From assembly GCA_963798485.1 (NCBI GenBank), contig CAWCTR010000004.1, forward strand, positions 128,001 through 192,000: DNA of 64,000 nt, read 5' to 3'. This document shows, piece by piece, positions 12,802 to 22,785 of the stretch; within the stretch, counting starts at the first letter, position 1; every line of letters begins with the position of its first letter. This stretch comes from an uncultured delta proteobacterium. Lineage in GTDB: Bacteria; Desulfobacterota; Desulfomonilia; UBA1062. The notes under the pieces are model-generated. The model made no database searches. It saw only the letters and a list, made by a program, of their open reading frames with translations, and had not been told where the DNA came from. The position numbers and the translations under genes are program-made.

Positions 12802-13812
12802 ATGAACAATGACGCACAGGCATTTTATGAACAGGTCAACCATGCCCGGTATCAGGGACTTGCCCAGGGCCACTATGAGAGCTTCTTCCAGCGCGCCAAC
12901 CACCCACAGCGCCCCCTGGCATTCTGGACAAGGTACACGGTCTTCAGCCCCAAGGACCATCCTGAGAACGCCATCGGCGAGCTCTGGGCCGTGTTCTTCA
13001 ATGGCGAGGCCAACTCCCACGTGGCGGTCAAGAAAGAGATGCCGTTTAAAGAGTGCGTCTTCAATACATCTGCCTTCGATTGCCGGATAGGGGATGCACA
13101 TCTCAGTCCTCAGGGCCTCATCGGCGCTGCAGAGAAAGGCACGGACAGCATCTCGTGGGACCTGACCTTTCACGGCGCATCGGCACCGCTCCTGCTGTTT
13201 CCCCTAAGGCTCTATTCCACGAAGCTGCCTGCGGCAAAGAGCCTGGTGTCGCTTCCCCTGGCGCGCTTCAGCGGCATTATGCAGGTGAACGGGGAGACCA
13301 TCGAGGTAACGGACTGGCTCGGGAGCACCAACCACAACTGGGGATTCAAACATACCGACCTCTACGCCTGGGGCCAGGTGGCCGGATTCGACACCGAGCC
13401 TGACAGCTTCCTGGAACTCGCCACGGCAAAACTCAAGATCGGCCCCTTCTGGACACCGGCGCTCACGCCCATCGTATTCCGGCACCGGGGACAAGAGTAT
13501 GCACTAAACGGCCTGCTCCAGACAGTGAAGGCCAATGGCTCGTTCACCTACTTCACCTGGAACTTTTGCTCGGAGACGCCCCGGGTGGAGATCGAGGGCA
13601 CCATCACGGCCCCGCGCAAGTCCTTTGTAGGGCTCACCTATTACAACCCACCGGGCGGCACCAAGACCTGCCTGAACAGCAAGATCGCCTCGTGCACGCT
13701 CCGCTTCAAAGATAAGGTGCATGGGATAACCGATACCCTGCAGGCGCATAACCGCGCCGCATTCGAGATCCTCACCGATGATACGGGCCACGGGGTGCCC
13801 ATAGCGGTATGA
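12802..13812 (+). CDS. Hypothetical protein, possibly tocopherol-cyclase/AttH-like beta-barrel
   Basis: 336-aa ORF with RBS GGAGG; aromatic-rich beta pattern and NHNWG...YAWGQ motif; fold assignment tentative. Confidence 0.7.
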   Translation: MNNDAQAFYEQVNHARYQGLAQGHYESFFQRANHPQRPLAFWTRYTVFSPKDHPENAIGELWAVFFNGEANSHVAVKKEMPFKECVFNTSAFDCRIGDAHLSPQGLIGAAEKGTDSISWDLTFHGASAPLLLFPLRLYSTKLPAAKSLVSLPLARFSGIMQVNGETIEVTDWLGSTNHNWGFKHTDLYAWGQVAGFDTEPDSFLELATAKLKIGPFWTPALTPIVFRHRGQEYALNGLLQTVKANGSFTYFTWNFCSETPRVEIEGTITAPRKSFVGLTYYNPPGGTKTCLNSKIASCTLRFKDKVHGITDTLQAHNRAAFEILTDDTGHGVPIAV

Positions 13813-14498
13813 AGTTTCGAAAAGGCCCGGTCTGATCCGTAGGGTGGGTGGAGCGAAGCGAAACCCACCAAGACTCTGTAGGAGCGGCTTCAGCCGCGAA
13901 TTCATCTTGAAATTGGGGACGGTCACATTCAAGGAGAGAGACAGGGTACCAAAGTCGCCTCCCTTTCAAGGGGAGGGACTTAGGTGGGGATGGGTTTAAA
14001 TCTCCCTTTCTCTTATGGCAGAGGGATTCGGATATTGGGTACTGGTTCAGATTATTCCCCTGATACGATGAAAAATAGAAACGTCCCCTTTTCATTTTTC
14101 TCAGTTTCAAAGATAAGGTGCATGGAATAACCGAGACCCTGCAGGCACATAACCGCGCCGCATTCGAGATCCTGACCGATGATACGGGCCACGGGGTACT
14201 GATGGCGGTATGATGTTTCGAAAAGGCCCGGTCTGATCCGTAGGGTGGGTGGAGCGAAGCGAAACCCACCAAGACTCTGTAGGAGCGGCTTCAGCCGCGA
14301 ATTCATCTTGAAATTGGGGACGGTCACATTCAAGGAGAGAGACAGGGTACCAAGGTCGCCTCCCTTTCAAGGGGAGGGACTTAGGTGGGGATGGGTTTAA
14401 ATCTCCCTTTCTCTTATGGCAGAGGGATTCGGATATTGGGTACTGGTTCAGATTATTCTCCTGTTAGGATGAAAAATAGAAACGTCCCCTTTTCATTT
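13705..14498 (+). repeat. Tandem duplication, period 401 bp (3' end of upstream gene + REP mosaic)
   Basis: 13705-14098 and 14106-14498 are near-identical; both begin ttcaaagataaggtgcatgg. Confidence 0.95.
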
Positions 14499-14640
14499 CC
14501 CTTTTCATTTCAAAACTTCTGGACCCCCGTTTCGCTGGGGTGACACCATTTTTTGAGTTTTGCCATTGCCTCGAATGGCTGTAGTTCAGGTGGATCTTCA
14601 GCATAACTGTAGGAGCGGCTTCAGCCGCGAATTCATCTTG
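13839..14640. repeat. GTAG-type REP palindromes
   Basis: gtagggtgggtggagcgaagcgaaacccacc occurs twice and gtaggagcggcttcagccgcgaattcatcttga three times (near 13878, 14279, 14609). Confidence 0.8.
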
Positions 14641-14820
14641 ATGCCTCGTTCCAGCACTATGCCCATAAACGTAGGAGAACCGAGTACCCCTTTTTGCCGT
14701 TTTTATGGTACAATTAGATTAAGTAAAAAATGACAATGGATTGCGATGAAAGGGGAATGGGCATATTGTCAGTTCCAGAAAACATTCGGGCACTGTTTCT
14801 CCACTTTTTTCATTTAAAAA

Positions 14821-15576
14821 ATGTATTCAACTGTAGTGAGCGATAAGGAATGTAATGTGACTTCTGAACGTATTAGAAACTGGCCCGCAAAAGAACGTCC
14901 GCGCGAACGACTTCTTGCTGAAGGTCCTGATAGGATGACAGATGCCGACCTGCTCGCAATCATCCTTCGGGTTGGATTAGGGACGTTCAAAGTGGGTGTT
15001 CCAGGGAAGAACGCCTACGATTCTGCCCTCTCAATTCTGAGGGAATTCCGAGGGCTCCGCGGGCTTGACCGTGCCCGCATTCATGACCTGCTCAAAGTTC
15101 CCGGCCTTGGGCCTGCGAAAGTCTCGCAAATCAAGGCTGCATTCGAGCTCGGGAAACGTGTGTGTGCCGGAAAACTCACCGCCCCTGCTTTCGAATCCTC
15201 AAAGACTGTTGCCGACCACTTCCGCCCGCGCTTTACTGGAAAACGGCAGGAGATAGTCATTGCTTTGTTTTTGAACGGACAGAACCAGCTCCTTGGTGAG
15301 AAAGACATCACCGAAGGGACTCCGACGCAAGCTACCGTGTATATTCGCCGCATTCTGGAAGAAGCACTCCATGAATCAGCAGCGGCAATCGTCCTTGTCC
15401 ACAATCACCCCTCGGGCAATCCAGAACCCTCAGCCAGTGACGATGAGACGACGCATAGCCTCTTGCGCGCTTGTAAACTGGTGGGTCTGGTCCTGCTTGA
15501 CCACGTGATTGTTGGCGAGTCCGACCATTATAGCTATGCCGAAACCGGTCGGCTCAATGAACTTGAACCAGAATAG
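14821..15576 (+). CDS. radC: RadC/JAB-domain protein
   Basis: ERPRERLL, HhH VPGLGPAK, HNHPSGNPEPSASD, LLDHVIVG. Confidence 0.95.
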   Translation: MYSTVVSDKECNVTSERIRNWPAKERPRERLLAEGPDRMTDADLLAIILRVGLGTFKVGVPGKNAYDSALSILREFRGLRGLDRARIHDLLKVPGLGPAKVSQIKAAFELGKRVCAGKLTAPAFESSKTVADHFRPRFTGKRQEIVIALFLNGQNQLLGEKDITEGTPTQATVYIRRILEEALHESAAAIVLVHNHPSGNPEPSASDDETTHSLLRACKLVGLVLLDHVIVGESDHYSYAETGRLNELEPE

Positions 15577-15587
15577 AAGGGTGCCAT

Positions 15588-17852
15588 ATGTCCAAGAAGA
15601 AAATAGAACCCCAACCTTATGCTAAGCCGGATCAGATCCAGATTCGCGGGAACCAGATTTACAGCCATGTCCGCAAGACATGGGTGCCGTTGACACCCGA
15701 GGAACGCGTCCGGCAGGATTATCTCTTTGTCCTGATTAACGAATACGGATATTCACTGGATCAGATTGATGAAGAGATATCGGTTACCAGCCGTGGCTCC
15801 GCACAGGCCCGCGCAGATTTCCTTATTTGGCGCACACCAGAAGCCAAGAAGCAACAGGAACACGCCCTGATTGTCATTGAATGCAAGGCCGACAACGTAA
15901 CCATCTCCTTGAAAGACTACGTGCAGGGAGCCAATTACGCACAATACGAACATGCACGGTTCTTTGTCACCCATAACCACCGCGAGACCAAGTATTGGAA
16001 AGTGGATGACAAACGGCGGATGCCTAACTACGATGAGATCGCGAACATTCCACATGCAGACGCAACAGACAAGGAAATCGACGAATTACTGGCACGTCTG
16101 AAAGTTTTCAAGGAGGACGAATTTGCTAAGCTGCTCCACGAATGCCACAACGTCATCCGCAATCGCGAAAAGCTCGACCCCGCAGCAGCCTTTGACGAAA
16201 TAGCCAAGATTCTCTTTGTGAAAGTCTATGTTGAACGGGAGCTACGGGCCAAACGCGCGCGGAGGAACCTCTTTAGCGTCGAGTATCTTGACGATCAACT
16301 TGGCAAGTACCCGCTCAACACGCTCTTTGGGCAAACCAAAGAGGCCTATGCGGATGACAAGATCTTTGAGGACGATGAGGAAATACGGCTCAAACCCGCC
16401 ACGGGTAGGGAAATCGTCAAGTTGTTGCAACGCTACAATCTTTCCGAGACCAGCGAGGATATCAAAGGTATTGCCTTTGAGCGATTTCTCGGTCGCACAT
16501 TCCGGGGCGAGATTGGGCAATTCTTTACACCGCGCACCATCGTCGAGTTCATGATTCACATGGTGGAGCCCCATGAGGAGGACGTGATTTGCGACCCCGC
16601 TAGCGGCTCCGGAGGGTTCTTGATTCGCTTCTTTGAGATCGTGCGGCAACAGATTTTGGCAGACGCCGACCGCCAGTACCAGGAATTCAAGACCAAGGTT
16701 CAGGCCGACAATAAGCTCTCACCGGACAAAAAGGCAACCATGCTCCGTGAGAAGTTCGACGCCATCCAGGCAACCCTTGACTCTAACAAACCCGGCTCTC
16801 GCCTGTGGAAGCTGGCCAACCGCTGCATCTTCGGCACCGATGCAAACGACCGCATGGCTCGCACCAGCAAGATGAACATGATTATGCACGGTGACGGCCA
16901 CGGCGGGGTGCATCACCATGACGGATTCCTGAATGTCAACGGTATATTCGAAAGCCGCTTCGACATCGTCCTCACCAATCCGCCCTTCGGAGCCAACGTC
17001 GAGCCTTCCGACGTGGTGCATGAATCTGATGCGACGGTGAGCCGCGAGGCTGAAAAACGCTATGCTGAAGAGTACGGCAAACTCTATGCTGAAGCCTTGG
17101 CTCGTGTACACGCCGCTGTGGGGAACCCCATCGCCAGTCTCTTTGAACTACCCAAAGGCAATGGCACCGAAAAGGAACGCAACAAACGGGTCAAGTCGGC
17201 CAAGATCAAAACTGAAATTCTATTCATTGAACGCTGTCTTTCCCTGTTGAAGCCGGGCGGGCGGCTTGGCATCGTTCTGCCCGAAGGGATCTTCAACAAT
17301 CCCTCACTTGTCTACGTGCGCGAATTCTGTGAAAACCGCGCCTTCATCCGCGCAGTTGTCAGCTTGCCCCAAGAGGCATTCTTTTCCTCTGGCGCAAGCG
17401 TAAAGGCATCATTGCTGTTCCTTCAAAAGTTCACTGAGGAAGAGCAGTCCGATTTCGATACCAAGCAGGCCGAAGCAAACGTCGAGGTGAAGGCGAAGCA
17501 TGCCAAAACCATCGCCACGGAGACCGCACGGCTTGAGGCAGCGATAGCGGTAGCCAAGGAAGCGCGGGATACCGAGAAACGAAAGACACTTCAAAAGGAA
17601 TTGGCCGACTTTGAGAAGCGAATGGCCGAGACCATCGCAAAAGAAACCCGCGCCTTGCTCAAAGAGCGTTTCCCGTATCCCATCTTTCTTTATGAAGCGG
17701 AGAAGGTGGGCATCACTGCCACAGGTGAACAGGACCAAAATGAGCTGGTTCCAAACGATAACCTGCCACAGGGAACTACAAAGACGTGCCTTGAGCTTTA
17801 TCAGGACTTCCGACATGACCCCCAAACCATTCTTTCTCACAGAGGCAACTGA
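15588..17852 (+). CDS. Restriction-modification fusion: N-terminal HsdR_N-type PD-(D/E)xK nuclease + N6-adenine MTase
   Basis: TPEERVRQ, RADFLIW...VIECKAD; GQFFTPR, DPASGSGGFL, LTNPPFG, GIVLPEG. Confidence 0.92.
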   Translation: MSKKKIEPQPYAKPDQIQIRGNQIYSHVRKTWVPLTPEERVRQDYLFVLINEYGYSLDQIDEEISVTSRGSAQARADFLIWRTPEAKKQQEHALIVIECKADNVTISLKDYVQGANYAQYEHARFFVTHNHRETKYWKVDDKRRMPNYDEIANIPHADATDKEIDELLARLKVFKEDEFAKLLHECHNVIRNREKLDPAAAFDEIAKILFVKVYVERELRAKRARRNLFSVEYLDDQLGKYPLNTLFGQTKEAYADDKIFEDDEEIRLKPATGREIVKLLQRYNLSETSEDIKGIAFERFLGRTFRGEIGQFFTPRTIVEFMIHMVEPHEEDVICDPASGSGGFLIRFFEIVRQQILADADRQYQEFKTKVQADNKLSPDKKATMLREKFDAIQATLDSNKPGSRLWKLANRCIFGTDANDRMARTSKMNMIMHGDGHGGVHHHDGFLNVNGIFESRFDIVLTNPPFGANVEPSDVVHESDATVSREAEKRYAEEYGKLYAEALARVHAAVGNPIASLFELPKGNGTEKERNKRVKSAKIKTEILFIERCLSLLKPGGRLGIVLPEGIFNNPSLVYVREFCENRAFIRAVVSLPQEAFFSSGASVKASLLFLQKFTEEEQSDFDTKQAEANVEVKAKHAKTIATETARLEAAIAVAKEARDTEKRKTLQKELADFEKRMAETIAKETRALLKERFPYPIFLYEAEKVGITATGEQDQNELVPNDNLPQGTTKTCLELYQDFRHDPQTILSHRGN

Positions 17853-19238
17853 GTGAAAGCTACAAACCCAATTACACTCCGTGCCTTTGCTGTCTGGTGG
17901 AAGGATTTTGAACGCTGGGACGTAAAGTTTTTTTCGGCACACGTACGCAGCACTTATCCTGTCGTGCGGCTTGCTCCTTTAATTCATGAACACAGCGAAC
18001 GAGTAAAGCCTTTTGATTGCCCAGAAACAACATTTCGCATTTTGGGGGTCACGAACACGGGTGGAATTTTTCACGCCTATGATTCGCTTGGGAAGAAGAT
18101 CAAACAACCATACCAGAAGGTTGATGCCGGCGACTTTGCTTACAATCCTTACCGTGTTAATGTTGGTTCAATCGGCGTTGTTCCGACAGAGCTGGGAGGT
18201 AACTATATCAGCCCCGCCTACGTTGTTTTTGCCACTGACAAGGCAAGGCTACTGCCTGAATATCTTATCTTGATCCTGAAGGCCGATTGGTTCAATCCAA
18301 TGGTCAGGGCTGCGACAGCAGGCTCAGTCCGACAGAACCTAACTTTCGATCTTTTAGGCTCATTAGAGATTCCGCTCCCATCGCTGGCTGAGCAAAAGGC
18401 CATCGTCGCGCGTTGGCGCAAGGCGCAAGACGAAATAGTCGCTGTCCGAGGACGTGTAGTGAGACTGGAAGTGATGTTGCCTCTAATTGTTTATCAGGAG
18501 CTTGGGACACCGCCACCACTTGCAGAAAAGGCGACAGAAAAATACCTCATTATGTGGTGGAAAGATATGGAACGATGGAGCTTCACCTACTTGAGCCGAG
18601 CCAGTCAAGGTTTGTTGGGCTTCGCAAAATCGAAGTTCCCGATTGAACCGTTGGGAAACCATCTGATTGAAACCATGAACGGATATTGCATCAAACCCGT
18701 GGCAGGAACGACCCCGCACAAAATGCTAAAGTTGAACGCGCTCAATCCCGCTGGCCTGGATTTGACTGCAAGCAAATTCATCAAAGTCTCTGATCGTATC
18801 GCAGAACGATTCTCACTTCGTAAGGACGATATTTTGATTTGTCGGAGCAACGCCTACGAGTATGTCGCGAAGTGCGCGTTGGTTCGAGAAGATCAACCAG
18901 CATACTTATTCCCGGATATTATCATTCGGGCACGTGTGAAAACCACCGTCCTTCCTGAGTTTGTAGCCGAAGTCATTCAAACACCGCTGGGACGTTCATA
19001 TTTCCAAATCAACTCCCGCCGTGCGGTTGGTGGAATGTGGAAAATAAGCGCTGACGACATTCTCAATTTTCCTCTGCCAGTACCGCCACTAGCCGTACAA
19101 AAGCTGATAGTGGAACGTATAACGGCAGGCCGCGAAGAAATTACCCGCGAACGTGAAGCTGCCGACCGCCTTGCAAAAGAAATCAATGCAGAAATCGAAT
19201 CATTAATTCTCGGTACTAAAAGCTTACAGGAGTCATAG
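17853..19238 (+). CDS. hsdS: HsdS-type specificity subunit (two TRDs)
   Basis: Two TRD + conserved-helix units (LEIPLPSLAEQKAIV; FPLPVPPLAVQKLIV); GTG directly follows the MTase stop. Confidence 0.9.
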   Translation: MKATNPITLRAFAVWWKDFERWDVKFFSAHVRSTYPVVRLAPLIHEHSERVKPFDCPETTFRILGVTNTGGIFHAYDSLGKKIKQPYQKVDAGDFAYNPYRVNVGSIGVVPTELGGNYISPAYVVFATDKARLLPEYLILILKADWFNPMVRAATAGSVRQNLTFDLLGSLEIPLPSLAEQKAIVARWRKAQDEIVAVRGRVVRLEVMLPLIVYQELGTPPPLAEKATEKYLIMWWKDMERWSFTYLSRASQGLLGFAKSKFPIEPLGNHLIETMNGYCIKPVAGTTPHKMLKLNALNPAGLDLTASKFIKVSDRIAERFSLRKDDILICRSNAYEYVAKCALVREDQPAYLFPDIIIRARVKTTVLPEFVAEVIQTPLGRSYFQINSRRAVGGMWKISADDILNFPLPVPPLAVQKLIVERITAGREEITREREAADRLAKEINAEIESLILGTKSLQES

Positions 19239-19239
19239 T

Positions 19240-20829
19240 ATGGCTCGAAGCATACGTTACCTTACATTTGAAGGTCAGTTTGAAAGCAGCGTACTTGGCA
19301 CGTTCCGCATCATCCGTGGCTTTGCCAATCTCAAAGACCTTGCAGAAGTCTCCGTGCCTTACGAGATGGAAGACAGTGATGGTTGTGATCAAGTCAAAGG
19401 TCAACAACGAAAGCTTGACCCTCAACATGCCGAGCGAATCAAACGATACCTGGAGAGCGGTGAACAGCGCTTCTTGCCTGAGGTAATCCTCTCCGTTCGT
19501 GCCGACTTGACAGAAACCTCGGATGAAAATTTCAAATTGATAGGAGTTGAGAGCAAAGGTACAGAAGATGGCATCACAATTAACCGACGATGGAAAAGTC
19601 ACAATATCCGCGTTCATCGTATGTCGGTTGATCGTAAGAAGCTCTCCGAGATTCGGAGCAAAAAACTCATTCGTCGTGTGGATGGAAACCACCGCCTTGC
19701 ACTTGCCGAAACGCTAAAAGACGATCCGAGCATCCCCACGAAATATCTGGCTCCGTTTTGCCTTGTTCTCTTAGGCCCAACTGGGGAAGCTGCGGATGAC
19801 TATTCCGAGTCGCTGATTTTCCATACCATAAATAGTACCGCACTTCCTCTGGAATCTGAGCATGCACTGAAACTTATTCTTGGACAACACGCAGATTACG
19901 ATATGACGCCGGGAAAAGAATTTGCCTTCAGCCCTGACCTACATTTTACACGTCTTCTTAGAGATGGCCTTTTAAGGCTGCCGGAGCCAGCGCAATCACG
20001 GCTCGGGAATCATCCTTTGACATGCTTGCGCAACGCAGTACGTGGTCTGTTGGAGATGGATAAAAATGTAGCCAAAGATCTCCCCTCACTTCGCGAGTAT
20101 TCGAAGACATTACTTGCAGCCTTGAATGACATTGTGACACGTTTGGAACCTATTCGACCTTCGCTTTGTCAGGCAGACTTTTTTATCGAATTGGCGGCCC
20201 GTGTCTGGAAAGGAACACCGGACAGTGATAAACATTCTAAACGCGTAAATACAACTGTTGCCTACCTGGAACAGTTGGCCGGTTGGCTGGGGCAGGATGG
20301 ATTGGTAGAATTGAATGAAAACCAGTCACTTAGCAAACAGCTGCTTGATATATTCAACGCAGTTAGGATGCGGATTCCTAGAAGGGTTTTCCTCGCTCGT
20401 TGGTATCCCACGGCAAGCGACGGTGAGGAATTCGAGAAGGCTAAACTACGTCTCACGCAGATTCGACAGGCTCTCAAAGAACTAGAGAAGGAGATGGGAG
20501 CTCAGCTCGAACTCGTAGACCTGGGGACGCAAACCGGCACTACTTTTCCAATTCACACCAAGATGTACAATGCTATTGCATCAGCTGACATCATCCTCGT
20601 GGACCTGACCGGGGTACGCCCAAACGTATGCGTGGAAGCTGGTTTCGCACTGCGAAATCACGAAAAGAATCGGCTCATTTTCATCTTTCAGCCAACAAAA
20701 AAATATAAAACTGTTCCCTTCGATTTGAATACATACCGATATGAGTCTTTCAAGGATACGGGAGAAATCCCTGAAAAGATAAAGCCCCATATCACCGCAA
20801 TTCTTAGCAACGCAGCAATAGGTTCTTGA
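19240..20829 (+). CDS. DGQHR(DndB/ParB-like)-domain protein fused to a C-terminal NDT/TIR-like domain
   Basis: QQRKLD...IKRYL, RVDGNHRL, IFHTINS; C-terminal RVFLARW...IASADIILVDLTGVRPNVCVEAGFA...VPFDL. Confidence 0.8.
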   Translation: MARSIRYLTFEGQFESSVLGTFRIIRGFANLKDLAEVSVPYEMEDSDGCDQVKGQQRKLDPQHAERIKRYLESGEQRFLPEVILSVRADLTETSDENFKLIGVESKGTEDGITINRRWKSHNIRVHRMSVDRKKLSEIRSKKLIRRVDGNHRLALAETLKDDPSIPTKYLAPFCLVLLGPTGEAADDYSESLIFHTINSTALPLESEHALKLILGQHADYDMTPGKEFAFSPDLHFTRLLRDGLLRLPEPAQSRLGNHPLTCLRNAVRGLLEMDKNVAKDLPSLREYSKTLLAALNDIVTRLEPIRPSLCQADFFIELAARVWKGTPDSDKHSKRVNTTVAYLEQLAGWLGQDGLVELNENQSLSKQLLDIFNAVRMRIPRRVFLARWYPTASDGEEFEKAKLRLTQIRQALKELEKEMGAQLELVDLGTQTGTTFPIHTKMYNAIASADIILVDLTGVRPNVCVEAGFALRNHEKNRLIFIFQPTKKYKTVPFDLNTYRYESFKDTGEIPEKIKPHITAILSNAAIGS

Positions 20830-20897
20830 TTATTGAGAAAACTATTTAGGATAATCGGATAATCAGGGTCAGAGTCGATTTAACAGCTTATTTATGT

Positions 20898-21443
20898 TTA
20901 TGCAGACCCCTCTTGATATTCGACTAACATTCGGGCTACATCTGCAGCTGCATCTCGTGCCTGTTCAATTGGGATATGTGGCTTGATCTCATTTACGCGC
21001 ACAGCACACTGTTCGGTATTCCGAATCGCTTCTTCCTTGCATACATACAAAGCAGTGGATAGGCGCTCCAATGCCACGACGCCCTTCGCACCGAGGTTTT
21101 CCACAATAAATGCCATGTCGGGATCATACTGCTGAACAGCCCCAAGGTATTGCTGATAAAAACGAATCCCTGCCTCGGAAACGGATAAGTTCGGGCCATA
21201 GGGGTAAGGGTTTATCTCAATGGTGAGATAGCCGTCCGCCCTCATTTCTGTGAGTTCATCCCGTAATTCGAATGAGAAGGGGCCGTGTTTGTATAAGACA
21301 AATTCATAATCCACGGGTGTATTGGTTATTTCCTTGAGAGAAAACATAGCCTTCTGGATATGAGTTTCTCCGCACCAACTGCCTTTATTACGAAGAGACT
21401 TGACCAGATCAAGCAAAATGGCTCTGCGGACAGACTGATCCAT
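20898..21443 (-). CDS. YwgA-like / Panacea(SocA)-like winged-helix protein
   Basis: GETHIQKAMF...YEFVLYKHGPFSFEL motif; ATG 4 nt after the HD gene stop. Confidence 0.7.
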   Translation of the reverse strand: MDQSVRRAILLDLVKSLRNKGSWCGETHIQKAMFSLKEITNTPVDYEFVLYKHGPFSFELRDELTEMRADGYLTIEINPYPYGPNLSVSEAGIRFYQQYLGAVQQYDPDMAFIVENLGAKGVVALERLSTALYVCKEEAIRNTEQCAVRVNEIKPHIPIEQARDAAADVARMLVEYQEGSA

Positions 21444-21447
21444 CTTT

Positions 21448-22785
21448 CTACCCTCCCCCTGATTCAATAATACCACTTCTTTCGCTTTCAAGCCACTGCT
21501 TTGCTTCATACTCCAACTCTCTCTTGATGAAGATGTATTCGGTTTTCACCACAGGGATCTGATTGAGAGTTTGTGATAGAGAGCTGGATGATTCAATTCT
21601 CCCATCTTTCATGAATACCGGGAAATCAATAGATTCACCCTTCTGGGATGGGCTGTCGAACCTGATATTCTCAGGACCATATTTTCTATACGCTGCATCT
21701 TTTATCAATGTTGCCGCCTGTTGGTTCTTTTGAAAGTCGGTTGGATTCCGTTCATACAACCTCTTGTAGTGCTGTCTCTTGATAATCCGTGCAGCATGAA
21801 CTGACCCTGGCATGCCTTCGTCAAAAGCAGCTTTCCTGAGCTCAACTAAAATTTCATGATCAGTGGAGGATAAGTGGCGATCAGGTTCCGTAGGGAATTT
21901 GCCACCAGTAAGCATATCCACAAGATAATCTTTCAGGTGGATATCATAAATCCTTCGGACAGGGTGAAAATATACCTGTGAATACATGAAGTATCTTGCC
22001 AGCAGAAGGGCTTCTGCGGATTGGAGTCCGCCTGCTTCAACCCCAAGAGTAGGTTCTTTTGACTTTTCCTGTTCTCCACCTGAAGGTGGCGGTGTAAGTA
22101 TGCGCATCGTATCTATCAACCGATAATGATCAAATCTGCCGTAAGCAACACCTATGTGATATGAGTCCCTCAACAAATAATCCATCCGATCAACACCGAA
22201 TGCATCACCTACAATGATCTCAGAAAGAATAGTCTCCCAGTCATCAAATGTAAGGTCAGGGGCCTTCTGTTTTCCAATGGCCAGTTTGACGATATCTTCG
22301 GCCCTCAATGGTGGGGTCATCCGTTGCCAGATCTCCTTCAGCTCATCATTCATAATGAGCTCTCGGGTTAATTTCTCATGATCCCAATTCTCAGGAAGCA
22401 ACTCCTTCTCTGCTGCATGGGAAAACGGCAGGTGTCCTATGTCGTGACATAATCCAGCCATTCGAAGTGCTTTCCTCCAGTATGCGCGTACCTCGTCCTT
22501 ATTTAATTGAGGAAAAAGATCCCTTACTTCGGGCAAGAGATGATTCGGATGGGTAACAATATCAAATACCCTTCCGGCAAGTTCCATGACCCCCAGCGAG
22601 TGTTCGAATCTCTTATGAGAAGCGCCTGGATACACAAGATATGTGAGCGCTAACTGATGAATGCATCGTAATCGTTGAAATGGTCTTGAATCAAGGACAT
22701 CCCTTTCTTGATCATCTAACTTGATGAAGGTGTGGATGGGATCCCTGATTTCATGGAAGATCTTTCTCAAATCCTCCTCCATCAT
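21448..22785 (-). CDS. HD-domain dNTP triphosphohydrolase-like protein (SAMHD1/YwfO family)
   Basis: RDPIH, FQRLRCIHQL, HKRFEHSLG, HDIGHLPFSH, DRMDYLLRD, ARYFMYSQVYFH. Confidence 0.9.
   Translation of the reverse strand: MMEEDLRKIFHEIRDPIHTFIKLDDQERDVLDSRPFQRLRCIHQLALTYLVYPGASHKRFEHSLGVMELAGRVFDIVTHPNHLLPEVRDLFPQLNKDEVRAYWRKALRMAGLCHDIGHLPFSHAAEKELLPENWDHEKLTRELIMNDELKEIWQRMTPPLRAEDIVKLAIGKQKAPDLTFDDWETILSEIIVGDAFGVDRMDYLLRDSYHIGVAYGRFDHYRLIDTMRILTPPPSGGEQEKSKEPTLGVEAGGLQSAEALLLARYFMYSQVYFHPVRRIYDIHLKDYLVDMLTGGKFPTEPDRHLSSTDHEILVELRKAAFDEGMPGSVHAARIIKRQHYKRLYERNPTDFQKNQQAATLIKDAAYRKYGPENIRFDSPSQKGESIDFPVFMKDGRIESSSSLSQTLNQIPVVKTEYIFIKRELEYEAKQWLESERSGIIESGGG

Noticed and set aside
13705-14213. 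Diversity-generating retroelement TR/VR pair
   Set aside because: Mismatches are not adenine-specific (T/G, C/G and C/T changes occur), and the only RT sequence in the window is a group II intron fragment.
9780-14640. CRISPR array
   Set aside because: Repeats are irregularly spaced palindromes without unique constant-length spacers; no cas genes.
15588-19238. Classical Type I R-M system
   Set aside because: No HsdR with DEAD-box motor; the nuclease is fused to the MTase.
19240-20829. Dnd phosphorothioation system
   Set aside because: Only a DGQHR-like domain is present; no dndA/C/D/E, ssp or pbe genes are seen in the window.
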